Assembly (NCBI GenBank): GCA_050294405.1
Contig: JBNKOC010000028.1
Coordinates: forward strand, 453,354 to 517,353
Direction of reading: 5' to 3'
DNA from: Fibrobacteria bacterium
Lineage (GTDB): Bacteria > Fibrobacterota > Fibrobacteria > UBA11236 > JADFYW01
DNA: 64,000 bases
Each line of letters opens with the position of its first letter. The first letter of the stretch is position 1. A program made the position numbers and the translations under genes. Below the pieces are notes generated by a model. The model was not told where the DNA came from. It made no database searches and saw only the letters and a program-made list of their open reading frames with translations. Below are positions 8,433 to 19,272 of the stretch, one piece after another.

Positions 8433-11105
8433 ATGAAGTACGTTGTTGGCATATTGTTTTCTATATGGCTTATCTCCTGCCTTGGCGTGGTTGAAAAAGG
8501 AGACGAAGGAAATAAGTTCATTGAACTGAGCTCCATCGATGAAGACTCATACGATTATTTAGTTCTATACAAAATAGATACAACTTCTTCCGACACCAGT
8601 TTAATTTGGGAATGGGAAAAGGGAGAGGAGTTTGATTCCAAAATAATTTTGGGGGAAGAGATTGGAGACAATGAGCGAATTTTGTTAATGGGAGTCAAAA
8701 ATAATGTTGTTACCTATGCTAAATCCATGAAATTTAACGGAGGGAAAAGTAATGGAAACGCTCAAAATGAGAATGACATCATTGGAACCGAATATTTCTT
8801 TGAATTAAAAATAAGCCTGGAGCCCACGGATCAGCAAGTCAATGTGGGGGACGCAGCCCAGTTCCAGATAAATGTAGTTGGAAAGGGACAGGTTTTCTAC
8901 CAGTGGTATCAAAATGGAGAGCTGCTTGACGGGAAAACCGCAAAACTTCTGAATATTCCTAATGTAAGTAAATCAGATAGTGGAAATACTTATTATGCCA
9001 GTGTGAAGGATACTGCGGGGAATGAAATTTTGAGTAATACAGCCAGGCTATTGGTTTATGCAGATGAAGATTTTCCGGTAAATTGGAAAATCAATGTTCA
9101 ATCCGATACGTTGGGGACTACCAATCCAAGCGGAACTATAATTTTAGGACGAGATTCTATAGAAGTGAGTGCTACGGCTAAAGAGGGTTATTACTTTAAA
9201 GAATGGACAGTGGAGGTTGGACAGGTTTTTATCACAGATCCCCTTGCCTCTACCACATACATTAAGCTTAGTGGCGGAGATGGGTCTATTAAGGCTAATT
9301 TCAGCTCAAATAAAACGCCAAGCATATCCTTTTCACAACCTGATTCCAATTCCCAATTTTTAAAGGGTGAAAATGTATCCTTTTCCATTTTGGCTGAGGA
9401 TGAAGATGGAAGTGTGGAAAATGTGGTTGTATTTGAAAACGGCAATCAATTGATAACCTTATCCACAAGTCCGTTTAATTTTGCCTACAAGTTTGATGAA
9501 GCTGGACCTCATGTAATTAAAGCGATTGCCACAGATGATTCCCAAGGTTCAAAATCTGCCATGTTAAATATTGAAATCTATGCTATACCCGAATTTGATA
9601 GTTTTCCCCAAGATTTAGATGTGATTAAGGGGGAACCCATACGGTTTGATTTTTCTGTTGCTCCTGGGTCTTACCCCGATGTGAGCTATACCTGGACGTA
9701 TTTAGGCAGTTCCGTGGACACGTTATCTACGGATTCCCTCCTTGAAATAGAAGACAGTGAATATGACCATGAGGGTTGGTACCAATTAATTGTATCAAAT
9801 GAGGCCGGCGTATTAAAATCTGAATCCCTTTATGTCTCTGTCCAAGACACCGTAAAACCTGTTATTACCCTTATTGGAGCAGATACGATTATTGGAGTGG
9901 GGCAAGCTTATGAAGATTTAGGGGCCACAGCGTTGGATGATAGAGATGGAGAATTGATTCCCAGCACAGAATCAAAATCATTAAGGCCCACCAGTCCGGG
10001 CACTGTTTTGATAACATATACTGCAAGTGATAGTTCAGGAAACGTGGCTGAAGTGAGTAGAAGTATAACTGTTCTTGGTTGGGAATTGCTGGGAAAAACG
10101 GCCCTTGAGGATTTAAGTGATTATTCCAGTTTTGGGGGAATTGCCACAGATTGGAATGAAAATGTTTTAATGATGGGAAAAGACGAAAGTTATTTTTACA
10201 GTAATGTGGAAGAATCCTGGGTTAAAGTAAACCTGATTAATTTTGACGGTATTCCGGTTGAGGGAGAAAGGTGGACAGTTCGATTACGAACATCACCTGT
10301 GGATGGTAGTATACATGTTTCCAACCATAATTACATGGATCTAAATACCTGGATTTATAAAAATGGCGATTGGGAACAAAGTATATCAGAAAGAATTTAC
10401 GCTATTAATGGCAATAATAACTATGACTACGCGCTTACACCAATAGATGGCAAAGAAGTGTTCGTTTATATGCAAGACTATACCTTAACCTGGTACGACG
10501 AAAATGGCACTAATAACCACATAAACAACCACTATATTGCAGAGACAGGTTATTGCGCTGGACATGTGGATATAAATGAGTCTGCCTATGTTTCTTTTCA
10601 AAACAATAATAATGATATTTTAGGATTAGTGAAGAGGGACACGGGTTGGGTGACTCTTGGGCGTCCTTTGCGCTCAGAAGCCAATGAAAATACGAGGCTT
10701 GAAATCCATTCAGACTCCAGTTTAATCCCATATTTTTTCGTCCACGATGTGGGTTCAGGGGATGTTCCCCTTATTAATTATTGGAATGGATCCGCTTGGG
10801 TTGACATATCTCAAGGCTTACCAGCTGCTTTTCAGGCTGATTTTCTAATATCAGAAAGCGGAGAAGTCGTAGTGGCGGCCATTACAACGAAGCAAGGTGC
10901 TTCTGCTAATTCGTCGGTGGAAATTTTTAAATTCAATGGAGAGGAGTGGGAGCCTTTTTTTGATGTAGCAGGTGAAATTCCCAATACAATTTCAGCAGGT
11001 AGTTATTCCGAAATTGAGCTTATCAAATCCAAGAACAATATTTATTATCTGGCCTGTCTCAGCCCAGTGAAAATTTCAGTCTGGAAATTTGGAAATTTAA
11101 GATGA
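8433..11105 (+). CDS. Large surface lipoprotein with several Ig-like domains (Ig, Big, DUF5011-like) and a C-terminal propeller-like region
   Basis: Lipobox WLISC after ATG 8433; YQWYQNG, PSISFSQP and DTVKPVITLIG...GATALDDRDG Ig-type motifs. Confidence 0.65.
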   Translation: MKYVVGILFSIWLISCLGVVEKGDEGNKFIELSSIDEDSYDYLVLYKIDTTSSDTSLIWEWEKGEEFDSKIILGEEIGDNERILLMGVKNNVVTYAKSMKFNGGKSNGNAQNENDIIGTEYFFELKISLEPTDQQVNVGDAAQFQINVVGKGQVFYQWYQNGELLDGKTAKLLNIPNVSKSDSGNTYYASVKDTAGNEILSNTARLLVYADEDFPVNWKINVQSDTLGTTNPSGTIILGRDSIEVSATAKEGYYFKEWTVEVGQVFITDPLASTTYIKLSGGDGSIKANFSSNKTPSISFSQPDSNSQFLKGENVSFSILAEDEDGSVENVVVFENGNQLITLSTSPFNFAYKFDEAGPHVIKAIATDDSQGSKSAMLNIEIYAIPEFDSFPQDLDVIKGEPIRFDFSVAPGSYPDVSYTWTYLGSSVDTLSTDSLLEIEDSEYDHEGWYQLIVSNEAGVLKSESLYVSVQDTVKPVITLIGADTIIGVGQAYEDLGATALDDRDGELIPSTESKSLRPTSPGTVLITYTASDSSGNVAEVSRSITVLGWELLGKTALEDLSDYSSFGGIATDWNENVLMMGKDESYFYSNVEESWVKVNLINFDGIPVEGERWTVRLRTSPVDGSIHVSNHNYMDLNTWIYKNGDWEQSISERIYAINGNNNYDYALTPIDGKEVFVYMQDYTLTWYDENGTNNHINNHYIAETGYCAGHVDINESAYVSFQNNNNDILGLVKRDTGWVTLGRPLRSEANENTRLEIHSDSSLIPYFFVHDVGSGDVPLINYWNGSAWVDISQGLPAAFQADFLISESGEVVVAAITTKQGASANSSVEIFKFNGEEWEPFFDVAGEIPNTISAGSYSEIELIKSKNNIYYLACLSPVKISVWKFGNLR

Positions 11106-12280
11106 AAATGTTTTACATAAGCTTTTTTATTCCAGTTTTTATTTGGTTTGGCTTTTCTTTGGCGCAAATACCAAATCCAATAGAATTAACACCACTAATT
11201 GGAACCTCATCCGATGGAAAATTGGATAACCCCCTTGGCATGGAGGAAATACCTGGTAAAAAAGGCTTTTTTATAATCTATGAATGGGAAGGTAAAATAG
11301 TTTTAGCCAGTCCAACTGAATTGGGTTATGTGACTAAAACTCTTGTAAACATAAGGGTTGATTCCAGGCACAATGAAAAAGGCTTGTTGGGTTTGGATTT
11401 CCATCCCAATTTTTCTCAAAACTTTAAATATTACATAAACTATACATATAACGATAAAACTTTTATCGAGGAAAGAAAGCTCACTAAAGACTTAGTTGCA
11501 GATGCGGGCCATTCAAAAGTAATAATGGCCATTCCTCAGCCTTGGGGCAACCACAATGGCGGCACCGTACAATTTGGTCCCGATAATATGCTATACATTG
11601 GCACAGGGGATGGGGGAAGTGGTGGCGATCCAAAAAATTATGCCCAACAATTAGGGAATTGGCTGGGAAAAATTTTAAGGATTGATGTGGATAATCCCAG
11701 TGGAGGGAAAAATTATTCAATCCCCTCCGATAATCCCTTTGTAGATCAAAAAAATGCCAGGGGTGAAATTTGGGCTTACGGTTTGAGGAATCCCTGGAAG
11801 TTTTCCTTTGACCGGGAAACAGGAATTATCTGGGCCGGAGATGTGGGGCAACATTGGAGAGAAGAGATTACCCTAATTGAAAAAGGAGATAATTTAGGTT
11901 GGAAAATAAAAGAAGGCTTCACTTGTTTTAATTGGGATGGAGGCAATAGAGCTTCATGGACCACACCACTGGAAAAATGCAACCAAAAGGGATTAAGAGA
12001 ACCTTTAGTGGATTTAACCAGAGATGAAGGGGCATCGGTTATTGGTGGATATGTATATCGCAAAAACAAAAACTCCCCTTTCTACGGGGTTTATTTTTAC
12101 TCTGATTACTACGGGAAAAATATTTGGGCTTTGCGTGAAAAAAACAACAAAGTCTTGGAAAAGCAAATTGTGGCCCGAGTGAACACTCCTTCCAGTTTTG
12201 CGGAGGATTCTGAGGGAAATGTATACGTTATCAGCCGCAATAAGGGAATAGTATATAGGCTCAGCCACCCTCAATTCTAA
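11102..12280 (+). CDS. PQQ-dependent sugar dehydrogenase (GSDH family)
   Basis: GLLGLDFHPNF, NHNGGTVQFGPD, GDGGS, GKILRIDVD, AYGLRNPWKFSFD. Confidence 0.88.
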   Translation: MKMFYISFFIPVFIWFGFSLAQIPNPIELTPLIGTSSDGKLDNPLGMEEIPGKKGFFIIYEWEGKIVLASPTELGYVTKTLVNIRVDSRHNEKGLLGLDFHPNFSQNFKYYINYTYNDKTFIEERKLTKDLVADAGHSKVIMAIPQPWGNHNGGTVQFGPDNMLYIGTGDGGSGGDPKNYAQQLGNWLGKILRIDVDNPSGGKNYSIPSDNPFVDQKNARGEIWAYGLRNPWKFSFDRETGIIWAGDVGQHWREEITLIEKGDNLGWKIKEGFTCFNWDGGNRASWTTPLEKCNQKGLREPLVDLTRDEGASVIGGYVYRKNKNSPFYGVYFYSDYYGKNIWALREKNNKVLEKQIVARVNTPSSFAEDSEGNVYVISRNKGIVYRLSHPQF

Positions 12281-12418
12281 GCCATTTTTAATTTGAAAAA
12301 ATTCCAAATGGGGATTAATTATTCCAATTTTATAGGACAAATTGTCCAGCTATCCTCAATTTTTCCTCGCTAAGATTATATTTAAGCTGGGTTTAGGTGG
12401 GACGTAAAGGGTGTTTTT

Positions 12419-13858
12419 ATGTCTAAGCTCATTGGCGTGCTTTTTCTATTTGCTGTTTTAGTATTTAATCCAGTTTTTGCTCAACCTGGTGTTCCCCAAA
12501 ATTTGGAATTCAGCATTTTATTTAATACAGATGATGAAAATAAATTGAAAATGCCTTTGGGCATCGAAGAAATTCCCACAAGGCCAGGAACTTTTCTGGC
12601 TTATCAAAAAACCGGAGAAGTTGTTTTGCTCAGGGATACCCCCGATGGCCCGGAAGCAACAACGCTGGTTACTATTTTGGTAAATTATCCTGGCGCCTAT
12701 GAACATGAGTACGGATTATTGGGTCTTGCTTTCCACCCTCAATTTTCTTTAAATCGCTTGTATTACATTTCGTATATGGCCGATCCCATAGATGAGGAGC
12801 AGCTTATTATTGAAGAGCGCAGGATGGGCGAGGACTTTGCTTCCGATGAAGGCCATGCCTTAAACATTATAACTATTGAACAAAGCCTCAATAATCACAA
12901 TGCAGGCACTATTGGTTTTGGTCCCGATGGCATGTTGTACATCTCTGTGGGCGACGGGGGCCAACAGGGTGACCCCTACAATCGCGGGCAAACTCTTTCC
13001 ACCTTAATGGGAAAAATGTTGCGTATTAACGTAGACGATAAAACCGGAGATACTAATTACAAAATTCCGGCAGACAACCCCTTTGTAAATGTTCCCGAGG
13101 TTCGGCCCGAAATTTGGGCCTATGGTTTGAGAAATCCCTGGAAATGGAGTTTTGACAGGCTTACAGGAGAACTCTGGGTAGGCGATGTTGGCTATCTGGA
13201 TTGGGAGGAAGTTAGCATTGTTCCTAAGGGTGGTAATATGGGTTGGAAAATATACGAAGGCTATTCCTGTCTGGAATCTGACCTTTGCGAAACGGAAGGG
13301 CTTACAGAGCCAATCACAATATTTGACCGGGAAAAATCCACTAGTCTTACGGGCGGGGTGGTTTTCCGCGGTAATCCGGATTCTCCGTTATACGGAACTT
13401 ATTTTTGTGCGGACTATGGGTATGCCGGCCGCCAAGGGAGTATTTGGGTTGTGGTAAAAGATGGTATGGGAGGATATGATAAATATAAGGTGTCCTCCGA
13501 AGTGGATGATATAACATCCTTTAACATGGACAGAGCGGGCAATATATATGTTATCAGCCAACAAGGTATGGTTTATAAAATGGAACACCCTGATTTAGTT
13601 CCAGTGTCCATAAATCCATTTAATATGAACTATTCAAATTTTGGCAGGACTAAAAGTCTTTTCGGAAAATCGCCTTTGCTTTCTCAAGAAATTTTATCTC
13701 AAAGTTGGAAGCTATATTCCTCAAATGGGAAATTTTTAGGGAAATTACATAGTGAAAATTCCTGGAATACAATTGCCTCAAGCCTGGAACAAGGCCTGTA
13801 TTTTGTATCTATTGAGGGTCAAAACTTCAGTTATAGCTTAAAATGGATAATTCCCTAG
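12419..13858 (+). CDS. PQQ-dependent sugar dehydrogenase (GSDH family) with a C-terminal sorting-domain-like tail
   Basis: Same GSDH motifs; tail WKLYSSNGK...LEQGLYFVSI. Confidence 0.85.
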   Translation: MSKLIGVLFLFAVLVFNPVFAQPGVPQNLEFSILFNTDDENKLKMPLGIEEIPTRPGTFLAYQKTGEVVLLRDTPDGPEATTLVTILVNYPGAYEHEYGLLGLAFHPQFSLNRLYYISYMADPIDEEQLIIEERRMGEDFASDEGHALNIITIEQSLNNHNAGTIGFGPDGMLYISVGDGGQQGDPYNRGQTLSTLMGKMLRINVDDKTGDTNYKIPADNPFVNVPEVRPEIWAYGLRNPWKWSFDRLTGELWVGDVGYLDWEEVSIVPKGGNMGWKIYEGYSCLESDLCETEGLTEPITIFDREKSTSLTGGVVFRGNPDSPLYGTYFCADYGYAGRQGSIWVVVKDGMGGYDKYKVSSEVDDITSFNMDRAGNIYVISQQGMVYKMEHPDLVPVSINPFNMNYSNFGRTKSLFGKSPLLSQEILSQSWKLYSSNGKFLGKLHSENSWNTIASSLEQGLYFVSIEGQNFSYSLKWIIP

Positions 13859-13932
13859 TTATAAACGAAAGCGAAGGAATTTTAAGACCCATTTCAAAAG
13901 CTTAAAAAATTATATTTTACCTCCTAGGAGGT

Positions 13933-14580
13933 TTGGATATGGTTAAAATAGTGCTGTATGTTCCCATACTTTTTCTGTCGCTATCCTGCGGTGGCAATCA
14001 ATACATCAATAAAAAGTACGGAAAACCGGCCCATGCCATAAAATTGGCCATTGTCCCTGTATTTAATCAATTTGAAATGGTATCCGATAACGCCTTTGAA
14101 AAGGCTTTTGCCAAAGCTTATGTTCAGGAAATGGTAGCCCCAAGTTCCATAAGAGCAAAAGTTTTTGAAGATGAGGTGAATGCCCAAGTTCCTGCCGACC
14201 AAAAATTAAAGCGCATTTTTCAAAAAGTAACTCAAAAAGAATTCAGTCAATATGAAATGAAAGAGTTTATGAGCTTAAAAGCCATATTAAGTATGACTGA
14301 AATCGATTATTTAAAAACTCGTTTGGACAATGCCAACATGATATTATTTCCCATGGTATTAAATGCTACTTCCTACGGGAGATCTGGCGTGGGATACGGC
14401 CGGGTCCGTGTTTTTGACCTGGAGTCGGGAGATTTTGTATACGAACGCTCTGTGGAAGCTAAAGCTTTAATCCAACCTACAGAGGGCAGCGACTACGAGG
14501 CGGATGAAGGTTTTGGCGTGCGAGATGTTATTAATGAAATCGCTGTAGAGCTGCAAAAAGATTTTGATAAAGTGTTGTAA
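13933..14580 (+). CDS. Hypothetical lipoprotein
   Basis: Lipobox LSLSC; AGGAGG Shine-Dalgarno upstream of TTG. Confidence 0.6.
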   Translation: MDMVKIVLYVPILFLSLSCGGNQYINKKYGKPAHAIKLAIVPVFNQFEMVSDNAFEKAFAKAYVQEMVAPSSIRAKVFEDEVNAQVPADQKLKRIFQKVTQKEFSQYEMKEFMSLKAILSMTEIDYLKTRLDNANMILFPMVLNATSYGRSGVGYGRVRVFDLESGDFVYERSVEAKALIQPTEGSDYEADEGFGVRDVINEIAVELQKDFDKVL

Positions 14581-17181
14581 TTACAAAGCCTTTTGGAGTT
14601 CGCTGATTTTTACCATCAATTCTATGGGGGTCAATTTGGCGAGCTCAAGCTTCGAAATTTCATCGTACAATTTTTTATATTTGGGGTCTGGTTCCGGAGC
14701 TGTAGCAAATAAATTTTGCTGAAAGGGGTTAGGTATTTCTTCGGCTTTATGGCCGGATACATGGTGATGTTGCTTGTTCTTTTCCAAATCCGATAAAATG
14801 TCCCAAGCCCTTTTTAAAATATCCTGAGGGATGCCCGCCATTCCCGCCACTTGAATTCCATAACTGGAGTCACATGCCCCTTCCAGGATTTTCCGTAAAA
14901 AAATCACTTTTTGGTCCACTTCTTTTACGGCTACATGGATGTTAATCACTCTTTCCAAATCCTCTTCCAATTGCGTCAACTCGTGGTAGTGGGTGGCGAA
15001 TAATGTTTTAGCGGCTATTTTGGATTTGTTGTGAAGCGCTTCCACTATGGCCCAGGCCAAACTCAGGCCGTCGAAAGTAGAAGTGCCTCTGCCAATTTCA
15101 TCCAGTAAAATGAGGCTTTTGTTAGTGGCGTTGTTTAGAATGCTGGCTGTCTCAATCATTTCCACCATAAAAGTGGATTGTCCCCGAGCGAGCCTGTCAG
15201 AAGCCCCTACCCTCGTGAAAATCCTATCCACCATACCAATAGTAGCCTCTTTAGCAGACACATAGCTTCCCATTTGAGCCATTAAGGTAATCAGGGCCAC
15301 CTGTCTTAAATAGGTAGATTTACCCGCCATATTGGGTCCGGTTATCAAAAGAATTTGCCGGGAGGATGTGTTTGTATCCACATCATTGGGTATGTATTTG
15401 CCTTCCTCAGTGAGTTTTTCCACCACGGGATGCCTGCCATCTTTTATTATGATGGCGGACTCATCGTTTAACTGAGGGCAGATATAATTTTGCTTAATGG
15501 CGATTTGGGCTAAAGCGCATAATACATCCACGGCGGCCAGCGTATTGCTCACATCCAATAACATAGAGGTTTGAGTGGAAACAGAATCGCGAATTTCACA
15601 AAACAAATTGTATTGAAGTTTGTTGGATTCCCCTTCTGAGCTTAAAATTTTAGCTTCCCACTCTTTCATTTCCGGGGTTATAAAGCGTTCGCCATTTACA
15701 AGGGTTTGTTTGCGAATAAAATTTTCTGGAACTTTGTTTACATTTTGTTTGGAAACCTCGATGTAATATCCAAAAACTTTGTTAAACCCCACCTTTAAGC
15801 TGGAGATACCTGTTTCAGTTTTAACCGTTTCTTCCAAGCTACTCAGCCATTTTTTACCTTGGATGGCTCCTTCTAATATGGCTTTAAGTTGAGGGTGTTT
15901 CTCGGGGTTTAAGATGTTGCCTTCCCGAATAGTGAGAGGAGGGTTTTCCACAAAATTTTCTTGCAGTTCAAGTCCCATATCGCCTAATGGAAGCAGTTTT
16001 TCCCGGGCTGCACTAAAAAGCGGGCTCACTAACTGGCCCAAATGGCCAGCTAATTGAGATGCCTGTATTAAGGAGCGGCTAAGGCCCAACAAATCTCTGG
16101 CATTGGCTCTTTTTGCCCCAACTCTGGAAAGTATGCGCTCGATATCGTTGATTTCCCGTAGGTGGCTGCGCAGGGCCTTTAATAAATTTCGGTTTTCAAT
16201 TAATTCGCCAATGGCTATTTGCCTTTGAGAAATTTTTTGCAAATCCCGGAGTGGGTGGGTTAACCAATATTTAAGTTTGCGCCCCCCCATGGCTGTTACA
16301 GTTTCGTCCAGCAAATTAAAAAGCGTGCCTTCAGGATCATCATCGTGAAGAGGATGTATCAATTCCAGATTGCGAATGGTGGCTCCATCCAGATTCATTT
16401 GCTGGTTAAAAAAGCGTGGTTTTAAGGACAGGATATGGTCTAAGCTGGATTTTTTATTTTCTGTAACATACATGATGGTAGCCGCAGCAGCCACCAGGGC
16501 AACTGCCATGTTATCACATCCAAAGGCTTCCAGAGAATGAATTTTAAATTGCTTTAAAAGCTGTTCTTTGCTATCTGCTTTATTAAAGAAATGGCTTTCC
16601 AGGGGAGTCAGTAATATTTTTTCCTGCAGGCAAAATTCTTCCACTTTTGCCAGTTTTTCTTCGCTGTGAATTAAAAGCTCCTGCACTCCAATGCGAAGCA
16701 TTTCATCCAACACCTCGTTGGCGCTGCCTTCCATCACGCAAAAATGAGCTGTGGTAATATCCAAATAGGCAAGACCATATATATCTGCCATAACATAAAG
16801 ACTGGCGATAAAATTGTTGGATTTGGAATCCAAGCAATTTTCGTTAATGGTGGTCCCCTTGGTAATGACTTCGGTGACTTCCCGTTTAACAATGCCCTTG
16901 GCCTGAGCGGGGTCTTCTGTTTGTTCGCATATGGCTACTTTGTAACCAGCCTTAATTAATTTAGGCAGGTGTTTTTCCACAGAATGGTAGGGAAAACCCG
17001 CTAGGGGCGTTTTGCCCGAAGCGCCGTTGTTACGGGATGTAAGGGTAAGTCCTAAAACTTTGGAAGCGGTAACTGCATCGTCGTCAAACAGCTCGTAAAA
17101 ATCGCCCATGCGATAGAGCAATATGGAGTCTTTATGTTGCTCCTTAACTTTAAGGTATTGCTCCATTAATGGTGTGGCCAT
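14581..17181 (-). CDS. mutS: DNA mismatch repair protein MutS
   Basis: TPLMEQY, RMGDFYELF, TGPNMAGKST, DEIGRGTST, FATHYHEL. Confidence 0.98.
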   Translation of the reverse strand: MATPLMEQYLKVKEQHKDSILLYRMGDFYELFDDDAVTASKVLGLTLTSRNNGASGKTPLAGFPYHSVEKHLPKLIKAGYKVAICEQTEDPAQAKGIVKREVTEVITKGTTINENCLDSKSNNFIASLYVMADIYGLAYLDITTAHFCVMEGSANEVLDEMLRIGVQELLIHSEEKLAKVEEFCLQEKILLTPLESHFFNKADSKEQLLKQFKIHSLEAFGCDNMAVALVAAAATIMYVTENKKSSLDHILSLKPRFFNQQMNLDGATIRNLELIHPLHDDDPEGTLFNLLDETVTAMGGRKLKYWLTHPLRDLQKISQRQIAIGELIENRNLLKALRSHLREINDIERILSRVGAKRANARDLLGLSRSLIQASQLAGHLGQLVSPLFSAAREKLLPLGDMGLELQENFVENPPLTIREGNILNPEKHPQLKAILEGAIQGKKWLSSLEETVKTETGISSLKVGFNKVFGYYIEVSKQNVNKVPENFIRKQTLVNGERFITPEMKEWEAKILSSEGESNKLQYNLFCEIRDSVSTQTSMLLDVSNTLAAVDVLCALAQIAIKQNYICPQLNDESAIIIKDGRHPVVEKLTEEGKYIPNDVDTNTSSRQILLITGPNMAGKSTYLRQVALITLMAQMGSYVSAKEATIGMVDRIFTRVGASDRLARGQSTFMVEMIETASILNNATNKSLILLDEIGRGTSTFDGLSLAWAIVEALHNKSKIAAKTLFATHYHELTQLEEDLERVINIHVAVKEVDQKVIFLRKILEGACDSSYGIQVAGMAGIPQDILKRAWDILSDLEKNKQHHHVSGHKAEEIPNPFQQNLFATAPEPDPKYKKLYDEISKLELAKLTPIELMVKISELQKAL

Positions 17182-17218
17182 GGAATTATTTTCCGTTAGT
17201 TAAAAACGGAAGCTAAAT

Positions 17219-17926
17219 TTATTCGGCGTCCGAAAAATCTTCTTCAATATCTTCGGACATTTCCACAACATCGCCACTTCTATTGATTTGGGGAATCAAA
17301 GCTGAGTTTTGAATCATGTTTTCGAACTCAGATAATTTAGGCAGGTCATCGGGAACTTTGTTGATATTAAAATACTGTAAAAATTCTTTGGTGGTGCCAT
17401 AGGTAAAGGCGTTACCCACTTTTTCTGATTTGCCGGTTATGGACACCAGTTTTTTATCCAGAAGCCCCCGCAGGGTTCCATCCACATTTACTCCGCGAAT
17501 GTCTTCCACTTCGGCTTTGGTAATAGGTTGTTTGTAGGCAATTATAGCTAAAATTTCCAGAGCCGCCGGGGACAAACGCCGGGTAGCGGCTTCTTTATAG
17601 AGTTTACGAACCCAGGGGTAATAAGTAGGCCTGGTGCGAAAACGGTAAGTGTTGTTGGTTTCTACAATTTCAAAAGGCTCATTATTTTGAGTTAATTTCT
17701 GATTGATTTTTTTGATGTATGTGCGAATTTGATGGGAGTCCAGAGTTTCCACCACTTCTTTAATGGTTTTAACACTGATGTATTCAGGTGTGCTGAAAAT
17801 CAGGGCTTTAATGAGGGCTTCCGGATCGGGAGCAAACTCATGTATATCCTGAATAACCCCTTCCTGGGTTCTGGCCAGGGTGCTGGTCTGATTTTCTTCC
17901 ATAACTGAATCTTGAGAATTTTCCAT
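17219..17926 (-). CDS. scpB: SMC-Scp complex subunit ScpB
   Basis: LSPAALEILAIIAYKQPITKAEVEDIRGV; YGTTKEFLQYF. Confidence 0.95.
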   Translation of the reverse strand: MENSQDSVMEENQTSTLARTQEGVIQDIHEFAPDPEALIKALIFSTPEYISVKTIKEVVETLDSHQIRTYIKKINQKLTQNNEPFEIVETNNTYRFRTRPTYYPWVRKLYKEAATRRLSPAALEILAIIAYKQPITKAEVEDIRGVNVDGTLRGLLDKKLVSITGKSEKVGNAFTYGTTKEFLQYFNINKVPDDLPKLSEFENMIQNSALIPQINRSGDVVEMSEDIEEDFSDAE

Positions 17927-17963
17927 AACTGATTTGTATTCCTTTACAATATATTACTGTTAT

Positions 17964-19064
17964 TTAGCCCTCGGGTAAATTTTCCTGGGAATTTTTAATT
18001 TCTTCACTGCCGCTATCCAGCAGCAATTTTAAAGGAGAAACAGCCAATTCTTCGTTAGCAGGTACAATTGAACTTTGGCTTAAAAGCTCTGGCTCATCCA
18101 TTAATAGGGATAATGGGGAAATGAGCTGGCTTTGCTTTTCTTCCTTTTTAGTGGGGTTTAACTCCTCTTCTAATTCTTCGCCTAATTCCCTTAAAACCTT
18201 GTCTAATTCGCTTTCTTTGGCAAAATTGTGGAGTTCATTTTGAATAAAATCAACAAGGCCCGGTTTAAACTCTTCTTTTTCTTTTTGGCCCACATCCAGG
18301 CTGCCAAAATCAAAGTCGCCATCGGCGGCCCCTGAATTTTTATAAATGTAAATGGGCCCCTGGGTTTGGTGCTGCCGGGAAAAAATCTGGCTTAATTTGC
18401 CCAATTCCAAAATGGCCATAAAAGAAACCACAATTACAATGCGTCTGGGATCGTCTTCAAACAAATCCTCAAATTGGCATTTGGGGCGCAAGGTTAAAAA
18501 TTGCTGAATTTTTTTGATTTGGTTTTCAATGGTCACGTCATCGATTTCAATATCGTGAATGGGCACCCGTTTTTTGGACTTGGTAGCAGTGGCAAAGGCC
18601 ATCATTAGCCCATAAATGTCCGATTCAATGGCAAAATCTTCGTCGCTGGTTTTTTCTTTGGGTGGTTTATCCCGAAGACCTCGTGGATAGGTGCCAAAAT
18701 TGCGTGTTTCATGGTGTCGCAAAAACTTTGAGGCCTCTTTGAATTTTTGATATTCAATCATTTGCTGAATCAGGGCTTCTTTGTCCAAATCCAGTTCCAA
18801 ATCCTCAATTTCATCTTTTTCCTCATCAGGCAGCAATTCCTGGGCTTTTAAGCGCATTAATCGCGAGGCCATCACCAGAAAGTCTCCCGCATGGGAAAGA
18901 TTATCGATTCCAATTTCTTCAATGTACTGCAAGTACTGGTCGGTAATAATGGAAATGGGGATTTCCCGGGGTTCCAGCTCGTTTTTTTGCACCAGATAAA
19001 CCAAAAGGTCTAATGGTCCTTCAAAAACTTTAAGTCGAACTTCGTATTTTTGGGCTAATTCCAT
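17964..19064 (-). CDS. scpA: Segregation/condensation protein ScpA with an acidic C-terminal extension
   Basis: FEGPLDLLVYLV, ITDQYL, FLVMASRL, FMAILEL. Confidence 0.93.
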   Translation of the reverse strand: MELAQKYEVRLKVFEGPLDLLVYLVQKNELEPREIPISIITDQYLQYIEEIGIDNLSHAGDFLVMASRLMRLKAQELLPDEEKDEIEDLELDLDKEALIQQMIEYQKFKEASKFLRHHETRNFGTYPRGLRDKPPKEKTSDEDFAIESDIYGLMMAFATATKSKKRVPIHDIEIDDVTIENQIKKIQQFLTLRPKCQFEDLFEDDPRRIVIVVSFMAILELGKLSQIFSRQHQTQGPIYIYKNSGAADGDFDFGSLDVGQKEKEEFKPGLVDFIQNELHNFAKESELDKVLRELGEELEEELNPTKKEEKQSQLISPLSLLMDEPELLSQSSIVPANEELAVSPLKLLLDSGSEEIKNSQENLPEG

Positions 19065-19272
19065 ATGGCCGTAAATTAAAAAATATTCCGGAAAGTGGAA
19101 CTAGATATTGTAGTCTTTTTTTGTGAAATGCTATATCTTGTGGTTCCCCCTTAAAAGTATAAGCTGAGACACCATTTTTTATCGGCTAAAGCCCTAAATT
19201 AAAACAGGAAGATAACCCCGGGAGCGCACTTCCGGTGGGAGGAATAAAAAAGAAAAAAGAAAGGGTTTAGAA

